64,000 bases of DNA. Source: Octopus sinensis (lineage: Eukaryota). The stretch is taken from the NCBI RefSeq assembly GCF_006345805.1, contig NC_043015.1, forward strand, positions 27,590,001 through 27,654,000. The letters run 5' to 3'. A program made the position numbers and the translations under genes. Below, one piece after another: positions 52,036 through 64,000 of the stretch (position 1 is its first letter; every line of letters starts with the position of its first letter). The notes beneath the pieces were generated by a model. It saw nothing but the letters and a program-made list of their open reading frames with translations, made no database searches and was not told the DNA's origin.

Positions 52036-52111
52036 ATATATGGCGGTGCCCCAGCATGGCCACAGCTCATGAACTGAAACTAGAATCAATCAATCAATCA
52101 TATAAATATAA

Positions 52112-52179
<68 letters not shown>

Positions 52180-52180
<1 letters not shown>

Positions 52181-52610
52181 TAATTTATAAAAATAGGGTA
52201 AAGTAAAATAATTTACTTTACCACACACCGAGCTTTTTAGAAATAGCAGCCAAAAATTTGGCTATTTCTTCCACTGCAAGAAGAAGTTTCCCAGACAATG
52301 CATACTCAGAAATAACTCACATAGGTATAAGGGAAAAACAACGAAAGATCACATCCATATAAGATACCCGAGGACAGCCTGTTTCTGGATTAGTGGGTTA
52401 AACGCCAACATTTCCTTCATCAGCTCAGAGATTTCTTCTGATTTAGATTTGAAAGTACTAAGAATCAAACATACCCGTCCGATATATGTAACACCGGACA
52501 AACCATGCCAGACCACCAGTACTAGCGAATCCAAAAATACAAATGAGATCTATTATTCTCCCTGTCCACCCACGTGAGTCACATAGTAGTGCATTCCTAC
52601 AGAGGCATAT
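52180..52610 (-). mobile_element. ~420-bp non-coding element with a hammerhead; tail at (TA)n
   Basis: Hammerhead at 52367-52429; a truncated copy of its tail lies at ~31382-31465, also next to (TA)n. Confidence 0.6.
52367..52429 (-). ncRNA. Type I hammerhead ribozyme with an A.A mismatch at the base of stem II
   Basis: UCUGAG-CUGAUGA-AGGA...UCCA-GAAA-CAGGCUG-UC-CUCGGG. Confidence 0.65.
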
Positions 52611-52699
52611 ACTCTTTTACTGGTTTCAGTCATTTGACTGCAGCCATGCTGGAGCACCGCCTTTAGTCGAGCGATGTTGGAGGGACAAACACAGACACA

Positions 52700-52739
<40 letters not shown>

Positions 52740-52912
52740 TATACATATATATGATGAGCTTCTTTCAGTCTCTGTCTACCAAATCCACTCACAAAGATTT
52801 GGTTGGCCTGAGGCTATAGAAGAAGACACTTGCCCAATGTGCCACGCAGTGGGACTGAACCTGGAACCATGTGGTTGGTAAACAAGCTGCTTACCACACA
52901 GCCACTCCTGCC
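52611..52912 (-). mobile_element. tRNA-derived SINE, family A, internally deleted
   Basis: Head and tail match 5288-5707. Confidence 0.7.
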
Positions 52913-53206
52913 TATACCTCTCTATACCTCTCACATTAACTTTCTCATCATTTGGACTGTAAAGCCAATTAACTGGCACTTTCTTTTCTCTTTGTCTAGT
53001 ACTACAACAACAACAACTACTACTACTACTACTATATATATTTAAATATTTATATATTTTTATCTCTCTATATATATATTTGTTTCTGCTTATTTATGTG
53101 TGTGTGTATGCGTGTGTGTGTGTGTGTGCATGTGTGTTTCGATATGTATAGCTGCTGTTAATATGATCCTGATTTTTAATATCAGTTCATCAATGTATCT
53201 TTATTA

Positions 53207-53253
<47 letters not shown>

Positions 53254-54291
53254 GCTGTTGTTGTTATTGTTTCATTCAAAAGTAGGAAGCATTTAAAAAA
53301 GTGAGAGCTTTTAAGAGATAAGTACCGATTTTTATTAATGTGATCATTTACAATCTTTATAACCATATGTCTTCCTTCCTTGATTATGCACATGCACACA
53401 CATGCACACACACACACACGCACATGCACACTTGCACTAAAATACACACACAAATAATTCAACTCATAATTTTGAAGAAAATCAGAATTCCTATAAATGA
53501 ATATTACATTTGTATCATCTTGTCTGTTACTATAAACTAAAAATATAAAAGTCTATATAACTTTTATAATTACCAAATATAGTATCAAAAACAAAATCAA
53601 AATCATAAAATTTTTGCTGATTTGAAATATTAGAAATTAAACTGCTATCATCATTTTGCTACAATTAACTCTTATAAATTGCATTTTTAAACTATGATGC
53701 TATTTAAAATTCCTTGAATTCAAAATTTGATTATCATCAATATGTTCTGGTGATAATGTAATAAATATATAATATATTATGAGTTTAACAGAGCAGATAA
53801 ATTTCAAATAAAAATATAAGATAAAGCTAGTGTGAACTATTTATCTATTGATTTTTAAAATATTTTTTAAAAATTCTAAACCCAGCATATCCAGAAGAAT
53901 TTAGGGTTATCTAATCTATCAAATAGTAAATTATTTTAGCTACTTTTTTACTATTTTTGTTAAAAAGTGCTATTTCATTTTACTCATTGTTATTATATTT
54001 ATTTATTCAACCTCCTCTCAAAATTATTATTGTTGTTGAAAAGGTGCATGGTTGAGTGGTTAGAGTTTTAGACTCTATAATCATAAAGTAGTGAATAGAT
54101 TCTTGGATCATGTGACATGCCTTCTTGAGTAAGGCACTTCATTTCACATTGCTCTAGTCTTATCAGCTGAAAAAAAGTACTAGTCAAGCACTGTTGTACT
54201 CTTTACTCCTTCTGGCTAGGCTGGAAGGTATATCAGCCGAAACGTGTTAACAACAAACAAGATGAGGACAAATATCCATCAAATGTAAATA

Positions 54292-55470
54292 ATGTCTTTA
54301 GGAGTAGTTCATATAACTGCAGGAATGCATTTTACCCATACTTTCCACAGCCTCTGTAACTCAGTGACTAAGTCCTGGTACTTTGCTATTTTCTCTATAC
54401 CTCTCACATTAATTTTCTCATCATTTGGACTGCACTCTCTTTTCTTTTTGTCTACTACTACTACTACTACTACTACTACCACTACCACTAAATCAGGCCT
54501 TTTAGCTTTTATTACTCTGTCAGTGCGAATGTTAATGCTCCTTAACATCTTATGCTTCTTACTTTCTAGTACTTTACTAGGTTCATGTTCATACCACTTA
54601 TCAGTATGGTCAAATCCTAGCTTTCTACATAACTCCCAGTTGATTATTCTCACTAAGTTGTCATACCTTTTCTTGTACTTAACCTTTGTCCAGTTAGTCT
54701 TTGATGCCTGATCTTGTGCTACTACTAACAAAGTTTCTGTCTCCTTTTTAAGTCATCCTTTCTGCAACTACAACCATGCCTCACTATTACTATTTTCTGC
54801 AATATCTTTGGAAATCTACCAAACAAAGCTTTCTCTTGCCAGTCAGATAGTCTTGCTTCTTTTTTCTGGTTTTTAACTACATTTAGCTTTTGGGTTTCCC
54901 TGTCTCCTACTATTACGCAAGTAGCTTTTAATAAAATTTCCTCACTATTGCCGATATTGGAGGCTGTATCTACTCTAGCTAACTCCACATAGTCTTCTTC
55001 TGATATTAAACTTCTACCACCTTCCTTTCTCAGTAAGTGCAATCCTGCTACTCCTGCTCTAGGAGTAGCAATTCATCCATTCATACTGAATTCTTTCCTA
55101 GTCTAGCTCTTTTGTCTAGATTTGTTAATTCAGGTTTTGTCCAGTCTACAAAAGCTGCTGAATATATGAGTAATAATATTGTCCAAGTATTTACAGCCTT
55201 CACTAGATTTGGACCATTTAGCTTTGGCTCCATTAGCTTCTTCATCCTTCTGATATATTCTTCAACTGTCTCTTTTATTTCTAATGTTACTACTCAGTCA
55301 GATTCTAATACTCTTAGATACTTCTAACTTTCTCCTTCTTTTAATACTAAACTGAGGAGAATTAAACATAACACAAATATTAAAGGGAATAACCAGTTTC
55401 CTTGAAAAATTCTTCTCTTGATATTAACTTTTCCTAAGGTTGTATCATCTGAGTAAAGGTCTAGTTTCCT
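54292..55470 (-). mobile_element. R4/Dong-like LINE fragment, degenerate
   Basis: KEGGRSLIS, KALFG, VAQDQA, RYDNLVRIINWELC, KRPDLVVV, CIPAVI. Confidence 0.75.
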
Positions 55471-55544
55471 TTTCTTCATGCTATAGCTAAAAATCTTTTA
55501 TGCTATCTGCAGTACTGAATATACTCAAACATTCACTTATCCAT

Positions 55545-56160
55545 GCTGAACCCGCATGTATAGGATAGATGATCCTTATATTGCAGAAAAATTTTGTCGG
55601 TGTCCAGCCTTGAACCTCGAACTCACATCTCTGTGATTACCAGCCAAGTGCTTTACCCTTAAGCTAAACTGCCCACTGATAAATTTTTCTGCAATTTTTG
55701 AACTTATAAATTTAGCTTTTTACAGACGCTGTATGTGAAATTCAAATTACGACATATGAAAACAAAGTTTACCTTTTTTATGGAAGTGTTGAGATGTATT
55801 GAAATATAGAGATATGGAAATAATTTATTCTCAATCACTGTATAATGCTGAACAGCATATATAATACAGATAATCCTTATATTGCAGAAAAATTTGTCAA
55901 TAAAAAGCTAAATTTATAAGTTTAAAAATTGCGGAAAAATTTGTCAGTGGGCAGTTTAGCCTAATGGTAAAGCAGTTGACCATTAATCACAGAGATATGA
56001 GTCCGAGTATCATGGTTGGCTGCTGACAAATTTTCCTGCAATATATGCTATTCAGCATTATTTAGCATTTGAGAATAAATTATTTCCATATCTGTATATT
56101 TCAATACATCTCAATGCTTCCATAAAAACCAAACTTGTTTGTTTACATATATCGTAATTT
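55545..56160. repeat. Rearranged inverted duplication containing two tRNA-like sequences
   Basis: 55603-55720 inverted versus 55900-56040; 55735-55835 inverted versus 56064-56160; A-box-like TAGCTTAAGGGTAAAGCA and B-box-like GAGTTCGAG in one arm. Confidence 0.65.
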
Positions 56161-56959
56161 ATATATATATACATATGTACACCAGTCAGATACATCTCAA
56201 CCAAATGTGTGCAACATGGTGATCTCATCATATCAAGATAAACAGTGCATGACCTTGCAGGTGGAGTCCAGTTAGAATTTTTTTCAGGTTGAGTAGCCCA
56301 TCCCACTCAGACGGGCCTTGAATAAAGGTTGTTGAACAAAGCATCCATGTTTTCAGAGATAAATTATTTAAACCCCAAAGAATTCCTCTCAACATATGGC
56401 TATGATGCACCCTCACTACTTCTGCTCATGATCAGAGATGCACATATCATCAGCCACCAAGTGACATGCTCAACTGGTTAATGTCAAACAACTGACAAAC
56501 AAATCTGTGATACTAAGCAGAATACTTGATGTGGCTCATCTTTTATACTGAGACAAAACATGTACGCGGTAACGTTTTCAATTAGTTAAGATCAGAAGCC
56601 ATGAGAGCCAGTGCCTGTATTATTATTATTATTACTATTATCATCATCTTCTTCATTCAATTTTTTTACATTTCTTGATGAGTGTCTTCCTTACATCTCA
56701 GGCAAAGAAACTCTCTGTTATCATTGGTAGTCTATTAAAATGAAGACACTTAATAGTTCATTTACAAAGTCATGTGATAGAAGAAAAGGGGAAGAAAGAC
56801 AGACAAAAAAGGATAGAAAAAAGGAAAAAGAAAAAGTAAACAAAGAAAATAAAAGGAGAAAAGGAAAGAAAATTCACAGTGGCAATGCTCTTCTCAATTA
56901 AAGTAACATACTAGTTAAAACAATCTTTTGCACTTCCTGCATGGTAAGCCAGGGATCAT

Positions 56960-57175
56960 CCTCAAATAATTTTCAGTTTCTTCTCTTTATTTTGATCAGT
57001 CCAAGTGCTCCTACAATCATTGGTATTGTAACCATACTGAGACCCTACATCCTTTTGATTTCAATCAACAAATCTTTATATTTTCTGAGCTTACCAAATT
57101 CTTTTGCTGAGATATTATGATCATAAGGTATGCTCATGTCAATCAATAAACAGACTTAATTGTTTCGGTCTTATT
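56960..57175 (-). mobile_element. R4/Dong-like RLE C-terminal fragment
   Basis: LLIDMSIPYDHNISAKEFGKLRKYKDL...IPMIVGALG; begins right after (TAA)n. Confidence 0.65.
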
Positions 57176-57176
57176 A

Positions 57177-57223
<47 letters not shown>

Positions 57224-57609
57224 TTAATTAGTTAATTATTTAAGTAAATAAGTAAGTAAGTAATTAAGGCAGTGAGCTGACAGAACCATTAGCATACTGG
57301 ACAAGATGCTTGGTGGGATCTCTTGGCTTTGAGTTCAGATTCCACCAAGTTTGACTTTACCTTTTATCCTTTTGGATCGATAAAATAAGTTCTAGTTAAG
57401 GACAGGAGGGGGTCAATGTAATCAACTATTGGCCTCCCACAAAATTTCATACTGTGTGCCTACAGTAGAAATATAATATTAATATTGAGTTTTGATGGGA
57501 ATGGATTATTTTCTTTTGTTCTTGGTTAGTTTTTGGATTTATCACATTTCTGAAGTGTTAGCTGATTACTTTTTGTGTCATGTATAAAATTATTACAAAG
57601 CAAATTGAG

Positions 57610-57790
57610 ATGGTGCAGGTATGGCTGTGTGATAGGAAGTTTGCTTCCCAACCATACGTCTTGGGTTCAGTTCTGCAGCAAGTATCTTCTACCATAGCTC
57701 TGGGCCAACCAAAGCCTTGTGAGTAAATTTAGTAAATGGAAACTGAAAGAAATCCATCAAGTGCACATGTGTGTGTGTAACTTTGTTATG
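57610..57790 (+). mobile_element. Family A SINE head, degenerate
   Basis: ggtgcaggtatggctgtgtg...gggttcagt...ggaaactgaaagaa. Confidence 0.6.
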
Positions 57791-57825
57791 ACGTCACATA
57801 ATTATTTATAAAATAGAGAATATAG

Positions 57826-58794
57826 TCTTTGTGTGTGGTAAATGTGCAGGTACAATAAGCACTAAAAATATGCAGACAATAGACTCCCTCAAATGCTTTG
57901 GGGGATTATCAGAAGTAGTAGATGGCTTCTATTACCTAGGAGACCAATTTAGAAGTGGGGGAAGAAGTTCTGAAAGTGTAGTTGATAGCATAAGAAAGGG
58001 CTGGACGAAGTTCAGAGAGCTTCTACCTTTGCTGGTAACTAAGAGATTCTCTCTCAGAGTGAAAGGCAGATTGGATGATGCCTGTGTACATACAGCTATG
58101 CTACATGGCAGTGAAACATGAGCTTTGATTACAGAGGACTTGTGAAAGCTTGTAAAAAATGAAGCTAGCATGCTATGTTGGATGGGTAATGTCAGTGTGC
58201 AAGCACAACAGAGTGTAAATGATTTAAGAGGAAAACTGGGTATAAGAGGCAAGAGAGAAGACTGCACTGGTTTGGTCATGTAATGAAGACGGTTGTGTAA
58301 CGAAGTACCAAGCTCTAATTGTGAAGGGTACCTGTGGAAGGGGTAGATCCAGGAAGATCCAACAAAGGGGAAGATCCGACAAAGTGGTGAGAAAGGATCT
58401 TCAGACACTGGGCATTACTAAGGAAATGACAAGGGATTAGAAGTTGTGGTGGTTTGGTGTACTTGAAGAGACATGTCAAGTTAAGTAAAATTACTGTCTT
58501 CCACACATACAAGCTTGTCCTTTCAGGTACCGGTGCCACTTGAAAAGCACCTGTGCTGGTGCTATGGTAACACACCCGTGTTGGTACTGCATAAACGCAC
58601 CAGTGCCAGTGGTACATAAAAAGCACCCAGCACTCTCTGTTAAGTGGTTGGCATTAGGAATGGCCTCCAACCATAGAAACCACGCCACAACAGACAGCTT
58701 GAGTCTGGTCAGCTCCCTGCTAGCCAGATTCATATCAAATCACCCAACCCATGCCATCATGGAAAGCAGATGTTAAACAATAATGATGATGATG
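57826..58794 (+). mobile_element. 5'-truncated RTE LINE related to 29405-31101
   Basis: VCGKCAG, FYYLGDQ, WTKFRELLPLL, FSLRVKGRL, MLHGSET; same 3' UTR ending in (GAT)n. Confidence 0.85.
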
Positions 58795-60170
58795 AACGTC
58801 ATTCATTTCCCATATTCTGCAAATGCGACTGATTATGGGAAATATTACCTTGCTTCAAAACTGATAATGGTCAACAACAAGAAAGGCATTCAGCTGTAGA
58901 AAATCTGCCTCAATAAACTCCCAGACAATTTAACAAAAGCAGTTTCATTGTGAGAATTTCATAATTGGGGTTTAAAAACAGATGTTAAAAATTAAGTTTT
59001 GCATGAATTGCTTCCAGCAAGAAAATTTTAAATGACATAGCTTAGTCCAAGAAAGAATAGTGGGGAAAATGTATTCCTTGAAATTCACTCTTCTTGCTCA
59101 AAAACCTGCTCATGAGCAGGCAAACAAAATGCTTAGCTGCTTTTGCTTCACAAAAGGTGGTGGGGTTTTACTAAGCTCTTAAAAGATAAAAGGAGTAACT
59201 ACCCTAGCATCTTACCCAATCAACAAAAGCCAAGTTTATTAGACACAACCTGACCTTCAAGAGCAAACACAATGCACAAATCATCCACTCATAAGATTGT
59301 ACAAAGTTCAAACTCTACTATGGTCAACTTTGCCTTTCATCCTTTCAGGGTTGATAAAATAAAATAACAGGCAAATACAAAAGCCAGTGGAATTTAAAAG
59401 CCTCCTCCCCTCAAAACTAATGAGTTTGTACCTAAATTAGAAACAAATGATGATGGATTGTCAGGCAAAAAGATTTGTAGTGTTTCAACTCTTTACATTC
59501 TGAGTTGACAGAATTATTAGAAGAGCAGACAAAATGTTTTGCAGTTTTTCTTCTAGCTCTTTTCATTGTAAGTTCAGATCCCACCAAAGTCAACTCTGCT
59601 ATTCATTCCTCCAAGGTCAGAAAAAGAAAGTACTAGTCATGCTCTGGGGTTGACAGCATCAACTTATCTCTTTGTCTCAAAATTTCTGGCCTTGTGCCTA
59701 AGTCAGAGACAATTATTTTTAATTTTTAGTTTTAATTTCTTTTTAGGGAGAAATATGCTCAATATGGAGTAATAAGCTTTTAAATAACTTCATTGAATAA
59801 AATTATTGATGAGAAATTAGAACTTTGGTGAGCTGTAGTTGAGAAAACAAAAGCAAATGTATATAAATTAATAGAGCAAATGGGTTGCAGAGTGATGCAG
59901 GATGGGATGAGGAGTTAATGATTGATAACTTATTGTTATTCATGCCAAACACATTATTTCTGTGGTATTTGAAGTTTTAAAGAAATAAATTCAACTTATT
60001 AAACAAAGAAATCATGCAAGAATGCAAAACGGGGAAGTCTCTTCATAGCAGTGATTAATTTACATGTAATTTCTCAAGGAAAATTAAGAGGGAAAGAACA
60101 AGAAAAAAAGGTGAGCAATTGACAGAAAGCTAGGGTAGATAGGCAGGAAGAAAAAATAGATAGATAGACT

Positions 60171-60206
<36 letters not shown>

Positions 60207-61149
60207 GACAGACAGACAGAGACAGAGAGACATAGAGATAAAGATAGACAGACAGACAGACAGATACACGCACACGTACCACATACATTCATACATACAT
60301 TCATACATACGTACATACATATGTACATACATACGTACATATGTACATACGTACGTACATACATACATACGTACATACATACATACATAATACATACATA
60401 CATACATACATACATACATACATACATACATACATGTACATAGACAGGTAGATAAATATAGAAAGAGTAGAGGTGAAAAGATAGACATGGAAAGGAGATG
60501 CATTAGCTTTCTCAATACATAAAAGAGAGAGAGAAGGAGAGGCTAAGAAAGTGATGAGAAATGAGAAAAAAGAAAGAGAAATAGACAGAAAAATGAAGAG
60601 TATCAAAGTGAAAGGCTTTATCGGATTAAATTCTGTTTTGTTGAAACCAACAGAATGACTCAAATATACAAATGATAAATTTCTTTTGCCAGAAATAAAT
60701 AAAAAAGACCCAAACCAAAACAAATTGCACAAAAGAAGATTGTCATTTCTCTATGGCAAGTTTATCTTTGCATCATTCTTCTGACAAAGTTAAACCAATA
60801 TGAATACATTGCTGTTGATGAGGCTACAGTGAAGATAGTTACTATAGACAGAAAACACTCTCTTCCACAAATATGAATAAATGCTTTTACTTTAGATAAT
60901 TTCGAGACACTATATCATTATTGTAGCTGAAAATATCATACTCAAACCTCACAATCACTGGCTTCTCTTATTCACTAGGTGATTCAGACATGTACTTACT
61001 TAATCATAGATAATCAAAAGCCATGGTTTTCCTGAACAATGCAGTCTATCTCTATAGTTAGCTACTAGACAGTTACTGGTCAATAGATCAAAAACTTCAT
61101 GCATCCAACTGACCAGCTGCATATTTTGAATTAATTTATCCTAGTTAAG

Positions 61150-61900
61150 CTGTCATTCAAAACTATCTCAGGTGTAACAAAATGGGGTGCAATGATATGA
61201 ATGATGATTGGTATTAAGAAAAATACTTTAATAGCCGTTCTTGCAGAATAATATATTCTCTGCTAACATTGCTATATTATGGGTGTAAATAGCTTTCAGT
61301 TGAGTTTCCTCTTATTTTTCAACAACTGAAAAACTTTAATTGACAACCAAGCAAATCTGATTTTCTCTTTTGCAGTAGAACTGTTAATCAATATGTGGAA
61401 TTGGTATAAGCTATGTGTTCTGTTCAGGAGAGACGCTGCTGAAACATTATTCAGATCTGTGATGAATTACACTTTATCATTTACAGGTTCATTGGATAAA
61501 GTTGTTATGCATCTAAAACTTCCAAGTTTAAATATTAAGTGCTCTCAAAAGTTCAAATAAAAGGAAAAGGTTTATCTTTCTACTGTAAATCACTTGTTGG
61601 TAATTTCTAGTTTCAGTCATTTACTCAGTGAGGAATGTGCAGCCTTAAGGTCTTGTGCGTCTTTGAAGCTGTTAAATGCAGCTTCCTGAAAGGAGTCCAG
61701 ATTTTGCCAAAAAAAATACATTCCTGTTGATTACATAGTATATATATGTTGATTGCCTCATCTTGTTAGATGATAACCATCTCACATTCATTTGGTAGTG
61801 AGACATTTGAATGTCATTGGATTTAAAAGACAAAAACTTTTGCCACTCTCTTGGTTGCCATAGTAGTTTCCAGTGGCAAGCACTGCAAGATGACTGCTAC
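61150..61900 (-). pseudogene. Very old hAT transposase remnant
   Basis: VRWLS (gtgagatggttatca) and FAWLSIK-like motifs in the expected order; otherwise decayed. Confidence 0.35.
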
Positions 61901-62032
61901 TATTTTGACTGCAAATTTTATGTTGGAATATCTTTCTCCTTGAAGAGCTACCTTCACCACAGCTTTGTTAAAAATTAACAAGAGCCTCCTCTACCTCTGG
62001 GATATCCGCTTAAGCCATAGATGGGACTCTGG

Positions 62033-62280
62033 CAGGTGGAGGCATGTGGCTTAGTGGTTAGGGATTTGGACTCGTGATCATAAGTTTGAGGTTTCTATTC
62101 CTGAATCATGCGAAACATAGAGTTCTCAAGCAAATTACTTCATTTCACATTGCTCCAGTCCACTCAGCTGATGAAAATAGGTAATCCTACGAAGGACTGG
62201 CATTCCATCCAGGTGGGGAATTTATACACCACAGAAACTGGGAAACCAGCCCTTATGAGTTGGCATGACTCAAGAAGGTA
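62033..62280 (+). mobile_element. tRNA-derived SINE, family B, degenerate
   Basis: ggcatgtggcttagtggttagg...cacattgctccagtccactcagctg. Confidence 0.6.
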
Positions 62281-62599
62281 TCTTGTACCCTGTCAAGCAC
62301 TACTATTCTGAGTTAGAATGGACATACTGTTTATATATATAAATGATAATGGACTCTCCCATCAGATTTGAAGTATGAGTATCTGACAACTTACACTTTC
62401 TTTGTCAGTCATAATGCTTAAGGCGAATGCGACATTTGAGTCCTGCCAATGATTTGCATAGAAGCCCACAGATGTTGCAAGTATGAGGATTACAGATCAG
62501 TGCAGGCAGCGTATTTGCATCTGCTTTTCTCTTTTGCCTTGCACTCCTTCACTTGCTAATGCTAGTTGAAACAAAGTTTCTTATACCATTTTGACAAGA

Positions 62600-63340
62600 C
62601 AATCTCCAATTTCTTTACTCTAAGGTCGTTTGCTAAAGGTGTTGGGAGCTATATTGACTACTGAGAGGTTACTCTTCAGCTTGTCCTTATATCTGAGCCA
62701 TGGTCACCCAACATTCCTGTACCCACTATCAATTTATCTGTACACGAGGACTTCTTTTGACACTCATTCTGATGACATGACCAGCCCAGCACAATCATGA
62801 CTACATAAAGCTCTCAGGTTGACATTAGATACTCTGTCTTTTAATGAATAACTGCAGATTGTCCTGAGACAGCCTTTATGGAAAATGTCTAGTTGGTTAA
62901 TGTGCACAATTCTGAGTCATAGAAGAGAGTAGTAAGAAAGGCAGCTTTATAGACCTGCATTCTGGTGTCAAATTTAATGCCTCTTTCATTCCTTAGGCAA
63001 CAACAGATTTTGCCAAATGCTTTCACAAGACAGTTGATGATTTCATCATCAAGCGAAGCACTTGAGTTCACTTTACTACCAAGATGAATAAATGATTTCA
63101 CAACTTGAGGTTTTCCCATCAACCTGTATAGGAGTGTCAGAAATTGTGAGCTAACAGTCTCTGCTTGATACCCAAAACTTCCTTAGATGTAGAGTCAGGT
63201 TAGTAGATTACTTCTATTATCTTTATGCTGACAGTTAAGCCAATGTCTTTACATGCAGCAGAAATCCAGTCTAGAAGTTCCTGAACTTCCTCTAAGAAAG
63301 TTGCTACTAGTGCAACATTGTCTGTAAAAAGCATAGACAT
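62600..63340 (-). mobile_element. Old RTE-BovB RT fragment
   Basis: LFTDNVALVA (YADD region), SFIHLGSKV, LDDEI, MQVYKAAFLTTLFYDSE. Confidence 0.7.
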
Positions 63341-63447
63341 ACATATAGACAGGCAGGTAGGCAGGCAGACAGACAGACAGACATGCAGGCAGGCAGACGG
63401 ACGGATGGACAGATGGACAGACAGACAGACAGGCAGGCGGACGGACG

Positions 63448-63497
<50 letters not shown>

Positions 63498-63514
63498 TAG
63501 ATAGAGTGAGAGAG

Positions 63515-63690
63515 CGGTAGGCATGGCAGTGTGGTTAAGAAGTTTGTTTCCCAAACAAGTAGTTTTAGGTTCAGTCCTGCTGTGCAGCACCTTTGGCAAG
63601 TGTCTTCACTAAACTCCTGGACCAACTAAAGCCTTAACAGGATTTGGTGAATAGAAACTAAGAGAAACACATCATGTGTATGTGAGTGTG
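63515..63690 (+). mobile_element. Family A SINE head, degenerate
   Basis: ggcatggcagtgtggttaagaag...ggttcagtcc...ggcaagtgtcttc. Confidence 0.55.
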
Positions 63691-64000
63691 TGTGTGTTTT
63701 TACATTTGTGCATCTTCAAAAATTGTCCATTGACAGACTGTGATGTTGCTGTCATGTTGCTGTCATTTACCCAATCAGCTGGTCACCCACTGAAAAATAG
63801 TTGAGGGTTAGTGACAGATAGAGTCAGTGGTTATATAAAAAAGTGCCTCAATAATATACTCATATCTAGTATATGCTAGCATCTTTTATCTTTTACTTGT
63901 TCAACCAGTGGACTGTGATCATGCTGGGGCACTGTCATGAAGAATTTTTAGTCAAATTGATTAACTCCAGTACTTAATTTTTGTTAAGCCTGGTACTTAT

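Overview
AT-rich, microsatellite-dense animal genomic DNA with no host protein-coding exon that I can support. The repeat families look like those of Octopus/cephalopods, which is an inference from recognition and not a search. The window is almost entirely transposon-derived. DNA transposons: a full-length frameshifted mariner (8399-9666, TA TSD), a young Buster/SPIN-like hAT (17020-19783, 8-bp TSD), and further mariner, maT-like, hAT and Helitron-like remnants. LINEs: a ~4.2-kb RTE-BovB with a probable TSD (20648-24849), a second RTE family with a PHD-like finger inside RT, a CR1 nested in an R4/Dong-like element, and several Dong-like copies stacked at (TAA)n. There are also many tRNA-derived SINEs. 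The most notable signal is a set of type I hammerhead ribozymes from several sequence-unrelated families. Five copies look intact by eye, one family carries a compensatory U3:A8 core, and all have palindromic or near-palindromic stem III. They sit near the 3' ends of Penelope-like (PLE) derived elements that repeatedly form tail-out foldbacks beside (TA)n tracts, including a ~1.6-kb near-perfect palindrome (45556-47130). Most short ORFs in the supplied track are microsatellite or antisense artefacts.
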